Below are positions 35,846 to 38,643 of a stretch of 38,643 nt of DNA, piece after piece. A program made the position numbers and the translations under genes. The stretch covers positions 1 to 38,643 of the forward strand of contig JAZTXY010000126.1 of NCBI GenBank assembly GCA_045636665.1, read 5' to 3'. Source of the stretch: Eubacteriales bacterium. Lineage in GTDB: Bacteria; Bacillota; Clostridia; Oscillospirales; CAG-382. Below the pieces are notes generated by a model. The model was not told the origin of the DNA and searched no databases. It saw only the letters and a list, made by a program, of their open reading frames with translations. Positions within the stretch are counted from its first letter, which is position 1. The number at the start of each line of letters is the position of its first letter.

Positions 35846-37294
35846 TTGAAGAAAATTATATTGGCATTTTTGCTTTTGTTTGCGTTTTTACTTGCGATTG
35901 GATGTGAAAACGTAGAGTATATCGAGGAAGCTTCGTCAATCGCGCCCGAATCGTCCGAGGATATTTATGAAAAGATTGAAAGCGAACTGCCGCCTCCCAT
36001 TGATGAATCCGACGGAGAAGTCAAAAAGCAGGAATTTATTATAGTGACCGATGAAAAATCGGCGTTTATCAACGAAGAAGGCGCTTCGGGTTCGATAAAT
36101 AAGGCGATTGACAAGCGAAATGATTTTCTTTATGATACCTACGGCGCAGAAATCAAGGTTGTCGAGGTCACAACGGCTGACCTTTCAAAATCGCTTAAGG
36201 AATCGCTTGAATCGGGGTTGCGTTATTGCGATATGATATCGGTATCGGCAAAAGAAACCGTAAGGCTTATGAACGCAGGGCTTCTTGCGGATATGAACAA
36301 GCTTCCCGATTTTGACGCGTCAAGCTCTTATTTTGACAAGAAAAATGCAACAGCTCTTGCCACAAACAGCTCGCTTTATATGCTTGCAGACCCGACAGTG
36401 CAGTTTTTTGAAGAAGAATTTGTGATGTTTTACAACCGCGATATTGTTGTGAAAACGGCAGGCAAAAACCCCGAAACCCTTGCGCTGCAAGGGAAATGGA
36501 CTTGGGACAGCTTTAACGAGGTTGCACGTGCTTCCGCTCCGAGGGTTTACGAGCACTCAACGAGCGACCTCGAAAAAGACGTTTTCGGGTTCGGCGCATA
36601 TTACAACGAAAATTCCTTCGCGCACGTTATGTGGGCAAGCGCGGGATATAAAATGATCGACAACACTTATAAAAATCCCGTTGCGCTTTCGATGAGCATC
36701 GAGGAGGTTCAAGCGGCGGCAAAGCCCTTGCGCGATGCATATAATTCGCGCGGAAGATTACCGTTTGAGGGCGAAGACGTTGCGAGCGCGTTCAAAACCG
36801 AACGTTTGGCGTTTATGGTGCATAAATTCTCGTATTTTTATACCTTGCGTAACGAAAACCCCGAAAAATACGGATTTTTGCCCATTCCGAAGAAGGACGA
36901 AGCACAGGAAGGATATAACTGTCTGCTTTCAAACGATGCGCGCGTTATTTCGATACCCAAAACCGTTGAAAACGAAGGCGATGCCAAAAAACGCTTTGTT
37001 TCGGTAATTATTTCGGCAACCTGCGCGGCAGGCAGAGAAACGATAAAGAATGCATTCATTAACGAGCATATCGGCACCTATCTTTATAATAACGAGGAAA
37101 CGGTTTTGCTTTCGATGCTTTGCGATGCGGCGACCTTTGATTTTTCGAACGTCTATGGAAGCGTTATAAGCGAAATCAGACGTCCTACCACCGATGCTAT
37201 CGCAGACTATATCGAATTCGGTTCGGCGCTTAGCAGCTCGATTTCACGCGGAATGAGTGCGCTTAACAAATATTCCGCAGAGAAATTCAAGTAA
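35846..37294 (+). CDS. Extracellular solute-binding-like lipoprotein (sugar ABC SBP family)
   Basis: TTG start after GGAG; lipobox AIGC; AIDKRN, MFYNRD, GKWTWD and YGFLPIPK motifs. Confidence 0.8.
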   Translation: MKKIILAFLLLFAFLLAIGCENVEYIEEASSIAPESSEDIYEKIESELPPPIDESDGEVKKQEFIIVTDEKSAFINEEGASGSINKAIDKRNDFLYDTYGAEIKVVEVTTADLSKSLKESLESGLRYCDMISVSAKETVRLMNAGLLADMNKLPDFDASSSYFDKKNATALATNSSLYMLADPTVQFFEEEFVMFYNRDIVVKTAGKNPETLALQGKWTWDSFNEVARASAPRVYEHSTSDLEKDVFGFGAYYNENSFAHVMWASAGYKMIDNTYKNPVALSMSIEEVQAAAKPLRDAYNSRGRLPFEGEDVASAFKTERLAFMVHKFSYFYTLRNENPEKYGFLPIPKKDEAQEGYNCLLSNDARVISIPKTVENEGDAKKRFVSVIISATCAAGRETIKNAFINEHIGTYLYNNEETVLLSMLCDAATFDFSNVYGSVISEIRRPTTDAIADYIEFGSALSSSISRGMSALNKYSAEKFK

Positions 37295-37414
37295 AATTCG
37301 AAAACCCCTTGATTTGCAACGCTTTTTGTTATATAATAAGCTGATTTGGGATGTATTTTCCCAAATATTTCCATTATCAAAAATTTAATTTCATACAAAA
37401 CAGGAGAAAAACAA

Positions 37415-38620
37415 ATGAACGCAAAAAAGTCTGTTGAAGATCTCAGAGTTGCCGGCAAACGCGTGCTTGTTCGTTGCGATTTCAACGTTCCTCTTAAGAA
37501 TGGCGTGATCACCGACGAAAACCGTATCGTTGCTGCACTCCCCACCATCGAATTCCTTCTCGATCAAGGCGCAAAGGTTATTCTTTGCTCTCACCTTGGT
37601 AAGCCCAAGGGAGAACCCAAGCCCGAATATTCTCTTGCTCCCGTTGCAGTACGTCTTGCTGAAAAGCTTGAAAGAGACGTTGTTTTCGCTGCAGACGACT
37701 GTGTAGTAGGCGAAAACGCTAAAAAGGCAGTTGCTGAAATGGAAGACGGCGACGTAGTTCTTCTTCAGAACACCCGTTACCGCGCAGAAGAAACCAAAAA
37801 CGGCGAAGCTTTCTCGAAGGAACTCGCTTCTCTCTGCGATATCTTCGTTAACGATGCATTCGGCGCGGCTCACAGAGCTCACTGCTCGACCGTTGGCGTT
37901 GCTTCCTACGTTGAAGAATCGGCAAACGGCTTCCTTATGGCTAAGGAAATCAAGTTCCTCGGCGATGCTGTAAACAATCCTGTAAGACCCTTCGTTACCA
38001 TTCTCGGCGGCGCTAAGGTTGCAGATAAGCTCGCAGTTATCGAAAACCTCCTTACCAAAGCAGATGCTCTTATCATCGGCGGCGGTATGGCATATACCTT
38101 CCTTAAGGCACAGGGCAAAGAGGTTGGTTTGTCCCTCGTTGACAACGAAAAGCTCGAATACTGCAAGGAAATGCTTGAACGCGCAAAGAAGAACGGCGTT
38201 GAAATCCTTCTTCCCGTTGACTGCGTAGTTACCAAGGAATTCCCCAATCCTATCGACGCTGTAGTTGAAACCAAAATCGTTTCTGTTGACGAAATTCCTT
38301 CCGATATGGAAAGCCTTGACATCGGTCCCAAGACCCGTGAACTTTACGCTTCCAAGGTTAAGAAGGCAAAGACCGTTGTTTGGAACGGACCTATGGGCGT
38401 TTTCGAAAACCCCATCTTTGCTGAAGGTACCATCGCAGTTGCGAAAGCACTTGCAGAAACCGATGCAACCACCATTATCGGCGGCGGCGACTCTGCTGCA
38501 GCAGTTAACATTCTCGGTTTCGGTGACAAGATGAGCCACATCTCCACCGGCGGCGGCGCTTCTCTCGAATACCTTGAAGGCAAAGAACTTCCCGGTATCG
38601 CGGCGATGACTGATAAATAA
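37415..38620 (+). CDS. pgk: Phosphoglycerate kinase
   Basis: [33 protein letters not shown] and [11 protein letters not shown] motifs; ATG after AGGAG. Confidence 0.98.
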   Translation: MNAKKSVEDLRVAGKRVLVRCDFNVPLKNGVITDENRIVAALPTIEFLLDQGAKVILCSHLGKPKGEPKPEYSLAPVAVRLAEKLERDVVFAADDCVVGENAKKAVAEMEDGDVVLLQNTRYRAEETKNGEAFSKELASLCDIFVNDAFGAAHRAHCSTVGVASYVEESANGFLMAKEIKFLGDAVNNPVRPFVTILGGAKVADKLAVIENLLTKADALIIGGGMAYTFLKAQGKEVGLSLVDNEKLEYCKEMLERAKKNGVEILLPVDCVVTKEFPNPIDAVVETKIVSVDEIPSDMESLDIGPKTRELYASKVKKAKTVVWNGPMGVFENPIFAEGTIAVAKALAETDATTIIGGGDSAAAVNILGFGDKMSHISTGGGASLEYLEGKELPGIAAMTDK

Positions 38621-38643
38621 ATCGCTTCGCTCTCGCCCGAAAT

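Overview
Chromosomal window from a spore-forming Clostridia (Oscillospiraceae/Ruminococcaceae-like) bacterium, probably near oriC because it has two parS sites. Housekeeping genes include maf, proBA, cinA/pncC, thiI with a cysteine desulfurase, rbsK, a MarR-regulated heterodimeric ABC exporter, valS, a DUF1015 gene, pcrA and pgk. Sporulation genes are spoIID-like, spoIIQ-like and spoIIID, and there are two tRNAs (Val-GAC, Gln-CTG). Many genes encode secreted or surface proteins: three carry dockerins, two carry CBM9-like domains, and four share an unannotated ~120-aa module. The most notable locus is a ~1.6 kb AT-rich island with no integrase, inserted at tRNA-Val between 47-bp att-like repeats and matching arm-like sites. 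It carries a single HEPN (RxxxxH) Abi_2/AbiF-family gene preceded by two tandem ~60-nt structured RNA units with the same fold but divergent, compensatory stems, a candidate duplicated RNA antitoxin. Also noted: a structured mini-element at tRNA-Gln and an apparently catalytically dead RNase II/R homolog. All family assignments come from motif recognition by eye, not database searches.
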